Source of the DNA: Acidimicrobiia bacterium | GTDB taxonomy: Bacteria > Actinomycetota > Acidimicrobiia > Spongiisociales > ZC4RG35 | Direction: 5' to 3' | DNA length: 49,156 bases | Assembly (NCBI GenBank): GCA_046565785.1 | Contig: JBKHXZ010000166.1 | Span: forward strand, 1-49,156 | Shown here: piece after piece, positions 27,400 to 35,634 of the stretch | Position numbering within the stretch: position 1 is the stretch's first letter | Layout: each line of letters opens with the position of its first letter | Notes under the pieces: model-generated | The model's database searches: none | What the model saw: the letters and a program-made list of their open reading frames with translations, nothing else | What the model was told of the DNA's origin: nothing | Made by a program: the position numbers and the translations under genes

Positions 27400-27629
27400 G
27401 TCCGCGTCAGATTAGGTCGTTCCGAGGGTGATGTGACGCGCCGTTGACATCGGTGGCCGACGGAGGCGAAGATACGGCCATGTTTCGTCCCACCGGGCTG
27501 GTGGCCGGCCCGGTCGCTGAGGTTCTCGTCTCCTACGGAGTGCGGCTGGAGTTGCTCGCGCCGGCCGTGGCCCTGGCGTCGATGGGCATCGGAATCGTGG
27601 CCGCCCGGATCATCGCCCGACGCCGCTGA

Positions 27630-27989
27630 TCAGTCCGGCGTCACCCGCACGAAGCAGTCGATGAGCCGAGAGAACGGGAACCACTGCCACCCGTACTTCT
27701 CGCCCAAGACCGCGTCGGCCGCCTCCGCCGCCTCCGCCTCGAGGATCACCGCGGTCGCATCGGCGTACTCGGATCGTTCCAGGCCCCGGTAGTTGGCGGC
27801 GGCGAAGCGAACCTTCGGGTTGTTTCGGATTCGCTTGACCTTGCCCGAGTCGGCATGGGTGCCGAACACGAACCCGTCGCCGACCTCGGCGAACCACACC
27901 GGGGTCGAAATCCCTTGGCCGCTCCGCCTGAAAGTCTGCACGCTCACGAACCGTTCTCCGGCGAGCTGTGGGATCGTTCCGTCGGTCAC
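27630..27989 (-). CDS. PPOX-class (pyridoxamine 5'-phosphate oxidase-like) probable F420/FMN-binding protein
   Basis: The C-terminal 120 aa of listed ORF 27630..28979: 'ERFVSVQTFRRSGQGISTPVWFAEVGDGFVFGTHADSGKVKRIRNNPKVRFA'. The start is taken at the GTG at 27989, overlapping the upstream stop (GTGA). The rest of the long ORF runs out-of-frame across the same-strand kinase-like gene. Confidence 0.75.
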   Translation of the reverse strand: MTDGTIPQLAGERFVSVQTFRRSGQGISTPVWFAEVGDGFVFGTHADSGKVKRIRNNPKVRFAAANYRGLERSEYADATAVILEAEAAEAADAVLGEKYGWQWFPFSRLIDCFVRVTPD

Positions 27990-29044
27990 GGCCGTCGCTC
28001 CGCCGCCAACTCCAGGAGTTGTCCGGCACCGTCGCCCATCACCGCGAACCGCTCGTCTTTGGTCTGCCCGCGCAGCCAGCGAATGTAGATCTGTTGGAGA
28101 ACCACGGCCAGCTTGAAGGTGCCGAACACCACGTACCAGTCGACGTTGGACAGGTCGAAGCCCGTGTCCCGGGAGTAGCGCTCGATTGCGTCGGCCCGCC
28201 TCATCCATCCGGGCGCATGGGTAGGCATCGTGTTCAGCTCCGAGGGGGCCTCGCCCGGGTCGTACCACACCGACATCAGCGTTCCGAGATCGGCGAAGGC
28301 GTCCCCCCGGGTGCACATGTCCCAGTCGTAGACGGCGACACACCGTCCCGGATCGTCGGGTGCCACAGCCATGTTGTCCAGCCGCCAGTCGTTGTGGAGC
28401 AGGGTGGTCGGCCCTGGCGGGGGGAGGTGCTTGCGGAGCCACTGGGCGAGTTCGGTGGCCAGTGGATTGTCCTCGTGTTTGGCTTTCTCCCATCGTCCTG
28501 TCCACCCGTCCACCTGGCGCTGAGTGAACCCCTCCGGGTGTCCCAGATCGGCCAAGCCGGCGTCGGCGGGATCGACCCCGTGGAATTCCGCCAGCGTGGC
28601 GACGACGACTTCGGACAGCTTGCGGTTGGCGATCGGGTCGGCACCCGAACCGAAGGCTTCCGGGACCGTACCCTGCACGACGACCCCGTGGAGACGTTCC
28701 ATCACGAAGAACGGAGCGCCTATCACCGACTCGTCGTCGCAGTAGACGTGGGCTCGTGCCGCCTTGGGAAACGCCCGCCACAGCGTCGACAGCACCCGGA
28801 ACTCCCGGGCCATGTCGTGTGCTCCCGGCGCCACCGGTCCGAGCGGCGGACGGCGCAGGACGTATTCGATGGGGTTCTCCTCGCCGAAACGAAGAAGGTA
28901 GGTGAGGTTCGCCTTGCCGCGGGAGAACTGCCGCACAGAAAGCGGACGGTCCGCGCCGGGGAGCCGACCCTGGAGCCACGCGGCCAATGCTTCGACGTCG
29001 AACCGCTCGTCGGGACGAACCGCGATGTGCTCGGGCTGGCTCAC
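27986..29044 (-). CDS. Phosphotransferase-family protein (APH/choline-kinase fold)
   Basis: 'RQFSRGKANLTYLL', the Brenner-type 'LLHNDWRLDNM' catalytic loop and 'VYDWDMCTRGD' metal-binding motif. The start is taken at the GTG at 29044 ('VSQPEHIAV'). Confidence 0.8.
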   Translation of the reverse strand: MSQPEHIAVRPDERFDVEALAAWLQGRLPGADRPLSVRQFSRGKANLTYLLRFGEENPIEYVLRRPPLGPVAPGAHDMAREFRVLSTLWRAFPKAARAHVYCDDESVIGAPFFVMERLHGVVVQGTVPEAFGSGADPIANRKLSEVVVATLAEFHGVDPADAGLADLGHPEGFTQRQVDGWTGRWEKAKHEDNPLATELAQWLRKHLPPPGPTTLLHNDWRLDNMAVAPDDPGRCVAVYDWDMCTRGDAFADLGTLMSVWYDPGEAPSELNTMPTHAPGWMRRADAIERYSRDTGFDLSNVDWYVVFGTFKLAVVLQQIYIRWLRGQTKDERFAVMGDGAGQLLELAAERRP

Positions 29045-29079
29045 GGTCGGGGAGGGTACCCCGTTACGCTCGCAGGACC

Positions 29080-29694
29080 GTGAGCGACAAACGTCTGATC
29101 GAACCGAACGAGGTCGAAGCACGGGACGCCTACAAGTTGCTCATCGGCCTGGTGGTACCCCGGCCCATCGGCTGGATCGGTTCGATCGACGCTTCCGGCG
29201 TGCGGAATCTGGCGCCGTATTCGTTCTTCAACGCGGTCGCCGCTACGCCGCCGACGGTACTCTTCTCGCCACTCACCCGGAAGGGTTCCGCCAAGGACAC
29301 ATTGAACAACGTGCGTGCCACCGGGGTGTTCACGGTCAACATCGTCTCGTACGACCTGGCCGAGGCGATGAATCTCAGCTCAGGATCCCACCCGCCCGAT
29401 GTCGACGAGTTCACCGTGGCCGGACTCACTCCGGTACCCGGTTCGAAGGTGGCTGCGCCGTTGGTGGCAGAAGCACGGGCCAACCTGGAATGTGTGGTCA
29501 CTCAGACCGTCCCGGTCGGGCGTCCGCCGCTCGACGGCACGCTGGTCATCGGCGAGGTGGTGGCGTTCCATGTCCGGGAGGACCTCCTCGACGGAACCAG
29601 AATCGATCAGGCCGGACTGGACGCCATCGGCCGGATGGGTGGGCCGTCATACGCCCGGACCACCGACCTGTTCGGGATGGAACGTCCGGACTGA
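29080..29694 (+). CDS. Flavin reductase-like FMN-binding protein
   Basis: 'YKLLIGLVVPRPIGWIGSIDASGVRNLAPYSFFNAV' is the flavin_reduct family signature. The start is taken at the GTG at 29080; the listed ORF begins farther upstream at 28987. Confidence 0.8.
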   Translation: MSDKRLIEPNEVEARDAYKLLIGLVVPRPIGWIGSIDASGVRNLAPYSFFNAVAATPPTVLFSPLTRKGSAKDTLNNVRATGVFTVNIVSYDLAEAMNLSSGSHPPDVDEFTVAGLTPVPGSKVAAPLVAEARANLECVVTQTVPVGRPPLDGTLVIGEVVAFHVREDLLDGTRIDQAGLDAIGRMGGPSYARTTDLFGMERPD

Positions 29695-29695
29695 G

Positions 29696-30721
29696 TCAGC
29701 GGCCTGCCCGCACTCGGAGCTGCCCGCAGGCGGCGTCGATCTCCTGGCCGCGGGTGTCCCGGATGGTCACGTTCACTCCCAGGTCTCCCAACACCTCGGC
29801 GAACGATTCGATGCGGCTTCGGGCCGACGGCCGATCCGACGTCAGGGGCGTCGGGTTCATCGCGATCAGGTTGACGTGGGCGTGGAGTCTGCGGGCGATG
29901 GGCGCAAGCTTGCGGGCTTGTTCGTCGGTGTCGTTCACCCCGGCAAGCATCGTCCATTCGATCGAGACCCGTCGGCCCTTCTTCTCGAAGTAGTTGGCGG
30001 CGGCGGCTTCCACCTCGGCGAGTGGATATCGCTTGTTGATGGGGAGGATCGACGATCGAAGCTCGTCGTCGGCGGCGTGCAGGCTCACCGCCAGGTTGAC
30101 CTGCCACGGTTCCTCGGCCAGCCGACGCATCCCCGGCACCATCCCCACGGTGGAGACAGTGACAGAACGCGCGCCGATGCCCATCACCTCGATGATCCTG
30201 CGCAACGACTCCCGTACCCGGTCGTAGTTGGCGAGCGGTTCGCCCATCCCCATGTAGACGATGTTCGTGACATGGTCGGGGCTCGTTCCCAGCCCGAAAG
30301 TGCGGAGGAACGCTTGCGCCCACGCCACTTGAGCCACGATCTCGCCGGCGTCGAGATGACGGTCGAACCCGAACTGTCCGGTCGCACAGAACGTGCAGGC
30401 CAGGGCGCATCCGGCCTGGGATGAGAGACACAGGGTGGTGCGGTTGGGATACCCCATCAGCACCGCTTCGATCGCCACGCCGTCCGGGGCACGGAACAGC
30501 CACTTGGCGGTGGTCCCGCCGTCGGCTTGCTGGGTCATCTCCACGTCGAACGGCCATAGTCGACCGGCCAGCCGCTCTCGCAGCTCGGCGGGCAGGTTGG
30601 TCATCTCGGTCGGATCCAGCACCGGATTGACGTACAGCCACTCTCGAAGCTGATCGGCGCGGAACGACGGCTCGTCTTCGAGCAGGGTGCCCAGCTCCTC
30701 GGGCGGGGTCAGATACAGCAC
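29696..30721 (-). CDS. rlmN: 23S rRNA/tRNA (adenine-C2)-methyltransferase, radical SAM
   Basis: The radical-SAM cluster motif 'CALACTFCATG' is present, with 'GMGEPLANYD' and the C-terminal 'DAACGQL'. The start is set at the GTG at 30721, just after the upstream gene's stop; the listed ORF extends to 30847 but overlaps that gene. Confidence 0.9.
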   Translation of the reverse strand: MLYLTPPEELGTLLEDEPSFRADQLREWLYVNPVLDPTEMTNLPAELRERLAGRLWPFDVEMTQQADGGTTAKWLFRAPDGVAIEAVLMGYPNRTTLCLSSQAGCALACTFCATGQFGFDRHLDAGEIVAQVAWAQAFLRTFGLGTSPDHVTNIVYMGMGEPLANYDRVRESLRRIIEVMGIGARSVTVSTVGMVPGMRRLAEEPWQVNLAVSLHAADDELRSSILPINKRYPLAEVEAAAANYFEKKGRRVSIEWTMLAGVNDTDEQARKLAPIARRLHAHVNLIAMNPTPLTSDRPSARSRIESFAEVLGDLGVNVTIRDTRGQEIDAACGQLRVRAGR

Positions 30722-30725
30722 AAGC

Positions 30726-31064
30726 TCAGACGTGTGCGGAAGCCGATGCCACCCACTCGCTGGTGCGGGCGACGGTGGCGCCGGTGATTTCGGCCAACCG
30801 CTCGGCATCGGTGTTCGCCACGTCGGCGAACGAGGTGATTCCGGCATCGCGCAGGCGTCCGGCGAACACCGGACCGATCCCGGAGATGTCGGTCAGATCG
30901 TCGTCGGCGATCGTCGGCGCCGACGGTGGAACCACCCGGAATCGGGGAGGTTCGGGATCTTGGGGAGCGGCGATCGACACCAGCCGATCCCGCATCGCCC
31001 AGAGAATGGCGAGCGCGCCGCCGACGAACCCGATGACCTTTCCGACCTTGTTCACGGGTCGCAT
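30726..31064 (-). CDS. Small membrane-anchored helix-hairpin-helix protein
   Basis: 112 aa from the ATG at 31064. It has the TM helix 'VIGFVGGALAILWAM', a Pro-rich linker, and the HhH-like 'LTDISGIGPVFAGRLRDAGITSFADVANTDAERLAEI'. Confidence 0.6.
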   Translation of the reverse strand: MRPVNKVGKVIGFVGGALAILWAMRDRLVSIAAPQDPEPPRFRVVPPSAPTIADDDLTDISGIGPVFAGRLRDAGITSFADVANTDAERLAEITGATVARTSEWVASASAHV

Positions 31065-31146
31065 CGTAGCGACGTCGGGAGGTGAGGCGGGGCCGGACCA
31101 GTTCGTGTCGGTACAGTGCCGGCGGTCCCGTGCGAGCAGGAGAACC

Positions 31147-32163
31147 ATGCAGATCGATTACGCCCTTCCCGTCGAAACGCCCCTCGGAGCGGTGGCGGCC
31201 GAAGCACGGAGGGCGCGGGAGATCGGATTCGACGGATTCTTCACCGCCGAGACGTCGCACGACCCCTTCATTCCGCTGGCATTGGCGTCGCTGGAGGTCC
31301 CCGAGCTCACCATCGGCACCGCGATCGCGGTCGCCTTCCCGCGGTCGCCGATGGTGACTGCGCAGGTGGCGTGGGATCTGGCCTCGGTGTCGGAGGGCCG
31401 ATTCGTCCTCGGGTTGGGCACCCAGGTCAAGCCTCACATCGTTCGCCGGTTCGGAATGGAATGGACGACGGCATCGGCTCGCTTGCGGGATTACATCGAT
31501 GCGCTGCGGGCGATCTGGCATTCGTTCCAGACCGGTGAGCCGCTCCGCTTCGAGAGCGAGGAGTACCGATTCTCGCTGATCACCCCGTTCTTCAACCCTG
31601 GTCCGATCGACCATCCGGAGATTCCGGTGGCGATCGCCGGAGTTGGTCCCGGCCTGTCCCGTCTGGCCGGCGAACGTTGCCAAGGCTTCTTTGCTCATTC
31701 TTTCCACACGGTTCGCTATCTCGACGAGGTCGTCCTGCCCAATATCGCAGCGGGTGCGGAGGCCGTCGGTCGGTCTCCCGCCGATGTCGGCGTCTACACC
31801 TCGGTCTTCCTGGTCACCGGTCGCGACGAATCCGAGATGGAGCAGTCGCGGCTCGCCGCCAAGCGACAGATCGCCTTCTACGCCTCCACCCCTAGCTATC
31901 GAGTGGTCCTCGACACCCACGGGTGGGATTTCGGCGACCAACTGAACTGGATGAGCCGGCGTGGTGAGTGGGAGCGCATGGCCGACGTGATCGGTGACGA
32001 GGTGGTCGACACCATCGCCATCGTCTCCGAACCCGAGCGGGTGGGCGAGGCGATCAGACAGCGCTACGGCGACCGCATCGCCCGGATCGGCTACTACACC
32101 CTCGACGGGGCTCCCGCCCTGTCCGACGAGGAGATGGCGGCAGTGGTCGCCGCCACCCGTTGA
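31147..32163 (+). CDS. Luciferase-like monooxygenase (LLM) class, probable F420-dependent oxidoreductase
   Basis: From the ATG at 31147: 'EIGFDGFFTAETSHDPFIPLA', 'GRFVLGLGTQVKPHIVRRFGMEW'. This is the LLM fold pattern. The part of listed ORF 30763..32163 upstream of 31147 has no support. Confidence 0.85.
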   Translation: MQIDYALPVETPLGAVAAEARRAREIGFDGFFTAETSHDPFIPLALASLEVPELTIGTAIAVAFPRSPMVTAQVAWDLASVSEGRFVLGLGTQVKPHIVRRFGMEWTTASARLRDYIDALRAIWHSFQTGEPLRFESEEYRFSLITPFFNPGPIDHPEIPVAIAGVGPGLSRLAGERCQGFFAHSFHTVRYLDEVVLPNIAAGAEAVGRSPADVGVYTSVFLVTGRDESEMEQSRLAAKRQIAFYASTPSYRVVLDTHGWDFGDQLNWMSRRGEWERMADVIGDEVVDTIAIVSEPERVGEAIRQRYGDRIARIGYYTLDGAPALSDEEMAAVVAATR

Positions 32164-32167
32164 GCCT

Positions 32168-33739
32168 TCACCGGGCTGCGGCCGCGGCAGTGTCCACTCT
32201 CGGATCGGCCGCCCCGGTCCGCAACCCGTTCCCCTCGACTGTGATGAGTGAAACCGGGCCCCAGCCCGGCATACGCTCTGCCTGGATGCGGATCGTGTGT
32301 CCCCGCCGGTGGAGACCGTCGATGATCTGATCCGACATGCCGGACTCGACGTCCACCGTCGACCGAGGGGCGGACACATCGGACATGACCCAGCGCGGGT
32401 GGTGCTGCGCCGCTCCCGGCGAACGGCCGGCGGCGAAGAGCAGTGCGGCGACCTGGGCAAGCAACTGTGGTTGCTGATGCCCGCCCCTGGTTCCGAGCAC
32501 GGCACGCAAGCTCGGACCGTCGGTCCAGATGGTGGGTGCCAGGGTATGGAGCGGGCGCTTCCCGGGGGCGATCTCGTTGGGATGACCCGACCGCAGATCG
32601 AAGCCACCGCCGCGATCGTGCAGGATGAAGCCGCTGTCGCCGGCGCCGATACCCGAGCCGATACCACGGAAGTTCGACTCGATGAGGGAGACGCCCAATC
32701 CTTCTCCGTCGACGACCGCCAAGTACATGGTTCCGCCTGGACGGCGTTCGATGGGTGGCCTCAGGACCGACGAGTCGGGTTCGATGTCAGCGGCCAGCTC
32801 CATCAACCGTTCCAGCACCAAGAGTTCGTCGTTGGGGAGCGGAGCATGTCGAGGGTCGGCGACGACATCGTCTCGTTCGGCCACCACCGCCCGATAGGCC
32901 TCGATCATCGTGTGAGCCCAACGCGGGTCGCCGGGGTCGGTGGTCGGGCTCAGCTTCTCGAAGAGCTGCAGGGTGGCGAGCGTCAGATACCCCTGGCTGT
33001 TCGGGGGGATGGTCCACCCTGTCAACCCGAACACATCGGCGGCGATGGGCATGACCCACTCTGGCTGGTAGGTGGCCAGGTCGTCAGCGGTGATGAGTCC
33101 GCCGACAGCCCGGCTGATCGAACCGGCTACCTCGCCCTCATAGAAGGCGTCCGGCCCGTCCTCCCCGATCGCCTCCAGGGTCGCCGCCAAGTTGGGACGC
33201 CGTACGCGATCCCCGCGCTGGGGTGGCCTGCCGTCCACCAGCAGTTGGGCACCGGCTTCGTGTTCGGCGAGGAACTCGTGCATGCGGTGGGTTGCTCGGG
33301 TGTATTCGGTCGACGCCGGGAACCCGTCTCGTCCGAGTTCGATGGCGCGGCGGAGGAGCGATCGCATCGGTAAGCGCCCGTGGCGTGCGTGCATCGCGAA
33401 CCAGCCACGGACACAGCCCGGGATGGTGACCGAGGCAGGGTGATGTTGGGGAAGTGCCGTCAGGCCTTCCTCTCGGAGCCGGTCGGCTGACACCTGCGAG
33501 CCGGCTCCCCCCGAGGCGTTGAGTGCGGTGACTTCCGCCTGATGGTGGATGAGGGCGAAGAGGTCGCCACCGATTCCGCAGGTCTCCGGCGCCACCAATC
33601 CCTGCACGGCGTTGGCAGCGATGGCGGCATCCACCGCCGAGCCGCCTTGGGCCAGGACGTCCATCCCCGCCTGAGTGGAAAGCACGTGCGGCGTGACCAC
33701 CACCCCGTCGTATCCCTGAGCTTCGCGCATGATCTGCAT
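32168..33739 (-). CDS. ggt: Gamma-glutamyltransferase family protein
   Basis: 523 aa. 'AGGSAVDAAIAANAVQGLVAPETCGIGGDLFAL', the autoprocessing-site context 'GGTMYLAVVD' (Thr nucleophile) and 'GSGIGAGDSGFILHDRG'. Confidence 0.9.
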   Translation of the reverse strand: MQIMREAQGYDGVVVTPHVLSTQAGMDVLAQGGSAVDAAIAANAVQGLVAPETCGIGGDLFALIHHQAEVTALNASGGAGSQVSADRLREEGLTALPQHHPASVTIPGCVRGWFAMHARHGRLPMRSLLRRAIELGRDGFPASTEYTRATHRMHEFLAEHEAGAQLLVDGRPPQRGDRVRRPNLAATLEAIGEDGPDAFYEGEVAGSISRAVGGLITADDLATYQPEWVMPIAADVFGLTGWTIPPNSQGYLTLATLQLFEKLSPTTDPGDPRWAHTMIEAYRAVVAERDDVVADPRHAPLPNDELLVLERLMELAADIEPDSSVLRPPIERRPGGTMYLAVVDGEGLGVSLIESNFRGIGSGIGAGDSGFILHDRGGGFDLRSGHPNEIAPGKRPLHTLAPTIWTDGPSLRAVLGTRGGHQQPQLLAQVAALLFAAGRSPGAAQHHPRWVMSDVSAPRSTVDVESGMSDQIIDGLHRRGHTIRIQAERMPGWGPVSLITVEGNGLRTGAADPRVDTAAAAAR

Positions 33740-33819
33740 GTTGGCACGGGTGGGGTGTGCCCGTCAGAGCGTCGAACCTGCGTTCGTTTCTTGTCACACC
33801 CGTTGGGTACGTTGGGTTC

Positions 33820-34917
33820 ATGTTCGAGACAGGTCCGGTGACGGGGACGATCGACGAGTTGGAGCAGGATTTCGCCCGGTTGACGGCGGCGATGTCCCGG
33901 TTGGATGCGCTCCGGCTTGGGGTGCTCCGCCAGTTGGACGTCGCCCAGGTCGCCACCGCCGACGGTGCCCGCAGCCTGGTCGAATGGCTTTCGGGCCGTT
34001 TCGATCTGGAAGCTGACACCGCCCGAAGGCTGGTCGGTCTAGCCCGGGCAGCCGATGCCGAGATCGAGGGACTGCTCGAATCCGGTGAGGTGACCACCGA
34101 TCGGGCGGCGGCTGTGGTCGGGTTGAAGAACGCCGGTGCCGACCAGAACACCGTAGACCGGTCCTGGTCCCATGATCTTGCCGGTGTCCGTCGGATGGCT
34201 GCGGCGCACCGTCGGATCACCTCCTCCGACGAGTCGGACGCCTATGACGCCCGCTATCTGCATACCCAACCGACCTTGGACGAGTCCTCTTGGAGGTTCT
34301 GGGGACAGCTCACCGGCACCGACGGCCACATCGTGGACAAGGCGTTACGCACCGCGATCGACAGTCTCCCCGACAATCCGGACACCACCGCATCCCAAGA
34401 CCGGGCAGACGCCCTGGTAGCAGTGGCGTCCGAATGGCTGTCCGGGGAGATCGGCGGACACCAGCTGACAGCCGACATCTTCATCGACGGTTCTCTCGCC
34501 GTCGCCACCGGCGGGGAGGCAGGAGCGATGGTGGCCGGTGATGTCCGAGTAGGACCGAACACCCTGTCCGAGATCCTGTGTGCCGGCACCGTTCGCATCA
34601 ACTTTCAAGACGAACACGGTGTCGTTTCCACCTCGCCGTCGTCACGGGCGATCCCGGGAGCGGTACGGAACCGGGTACTGCATCGGGACGGGCATCGGTG
34701 TGTGATCGCCGGCTGCAACTCCCGTTCCCGGCTTCAACCCCACCATCTGATCCCTTACGCCCAGGGTGGGAGCCATCATCCGGACAACCTGGTCACCGTG
34801 TGCTGGTATCACCATCATGTCGTCATCCACCAGCAAGGCAGACGGATCGACCCCAACTCCCCGCCCCAACGGCGGACGTTCATCCGGGAGTCCGATCCCG
34901 CCCGGGCCGGACCCTGA
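33820..34917 (+). CDS. DUF222-type HNH endonuclease (actinobacterial 13E12-repeat-like family)
   Basis: The N-terminal helical region 'RLDALRLGVLRQLD...ADGARSLVEWL' is typical of DUF222. The C-terminal HNH is 'HRDGHRCVIAGC...LQPHHLIPYAQGGSHHPDNLVTVCWYHHHVVIH'. The start is taken at the ATG at 33820. Confidence 0.85.
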   Translation: MFETGPVTGTIDELEQDFARLTAAMSRLDALRLGVLRQLDVAQVATADGARSLVEWLSGRFDLEADTARRLVGLARAADAEIEGLLESGEVTTDRAAAVVGLKNAGADQNTVDRSWSHDLAGVRRMAAAHRRITSSDESDAYDARYLHTQPTLDESSWRFWGQLTGTDGHIVDKALRTAIDSLPDNPDTTASQDRADALVAVASEWLSGEIGGHQLTADIFIDGSLAVATGGEAGAMVAGDVRVGPNTLSEILCAGTVRINFQDEHGVVSTSPSSRAIPGAVRNRVLHRDGHRCVIAGCNSRSRLQPHHLIPYAQGGSHHPDNLVTVCWYHHHVVIHQQGRRIDPNSPPQRRTFIRESDPARAGP

Positions 34918-34964
34918 ACTGGCACCGTCACAACCCCCGACCACCCATCCGAAACACCGTATCC

Positions 34965-34979
34965 GGCCCCTCGCGGGCC
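34965..34979 (+). terminator. Weak GC hairpin downstream of the HNH gene (possible terminator)
   Basis: GGCCC-CTCGC-GGGCC is followed by TTCT. The stem is only 5 bp and there is no real U-tract. Confidence 0.2.
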
Positions 34980-35034
34980 TTCTCGTCGTGGGGCTGTGGT
35001 GCCGTGGGGTACTCCGCTGCCGACGGCCGGTTGA

Positions 35035-35634
35035 TCAGAGGATCCGCGCCCGATGTTGGCGCGAACGCCGCACCCTGGGAGGGCCGCTCAACATGGTGCG
35101 GGTGACTACGAAAAGCTGGGCTGTGACGAAGGCGTCGGCGAGGGCATGGTGGGGCACGCCCGGAGGGATCCCGTAACGAACCGCGCACGCCGACAAGGTC
35201 TCATGCGGATCCCGGGGTCGTCCCAATCGGCTGTCCAACTCCTTCACCAAGTCCCGGACGTCGATCATGCGCCGCTCCCACCTGCGACGTCGCCCTCCGA
35301 GGGTGGCGGCCAGGAACGAGGTCTCCACCCAGGCCGACCAGACCACCAGTGGGTGATCGCCCAGGATCCTCTCGAACTCGTACAGCGTATCCGCACGAGG
35401 GGACGCCACCGCCAGGTCTGCTGGGCGCAACTGGTGGATGCGGACGACATCGACCCCGACAGGCTTCGACGACCGCATTACCCGGTAGGTACTCCGGTCC
35501 ATTCGCACCATGCCGTCGACGATCGGGACCGTCCCGAAGGAGAGGATCACGTCGTGGCGAGGGTCGAGTCCGGTCGTTTCCAGATCCAGCGCGATCAGGG
35601 GACCGGGTCCGATCGGAGCGGGCGGAGGTGTCAT
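35035..35634 (-). CDS. DEDDh 3'-5' exonuclease (DnaQ/epsilon-like)
   Basis: Exo I 'LIALDLETTGLD' and Exo III 'HHALADAFVTAQLF'. The start is taken at the ATG at 35634, which overlaps the upstream gene's stop (ATGA). Confidence 0.8.
   Translation of the reverse strand: MTPPPAPIGPGPLIALDLETTGLDPRHDVILSFGTVPIVDGMVRMDRSTYRVMRSSKPVGVDVVRIHQLRPADLAVASPRADTLYEFERILGDHPLVVWSAWVETSFLAATLGGRRRRWERRMIDVRDLVKELDSRLGRPRDPHETLSACAVRYGIPPGVPHHALADAFVTAQLFVVTRTMLSGPPRVRRSRQHRARIL

Noticed and set aside
27444-27629. 61-aa ORF between the GNAT gene and the PPOX gene, with a TTGACA hexamer at 27444-27449
   Set aside because: I recognised no homology and found no convincing -10 (TAnnnT) at a proper spacing from the TTGACA. 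The ORF could be a small hydrophobic peptide (a 49-aa version starts at the ATG at 27480), but the evidence is too thin to call.
27990-28979. Long version (449 aa) of the PPOX-like ORF
   Set aside because: The N-terminal 330 codons overlap the APH-fold kinase gene in a different frame and are Arg/Pro/Gly-rich. PPOX-fold similarity is confined to the last ~120 aa.
30763-31146. 128-codon N-terminal extension of the LLM oxidoreductase ORF
   Set aside because: It overlaps the opposite-strand HhH gene and the rlmN start region. LLM-family similarity begins at the ATG at 31147.
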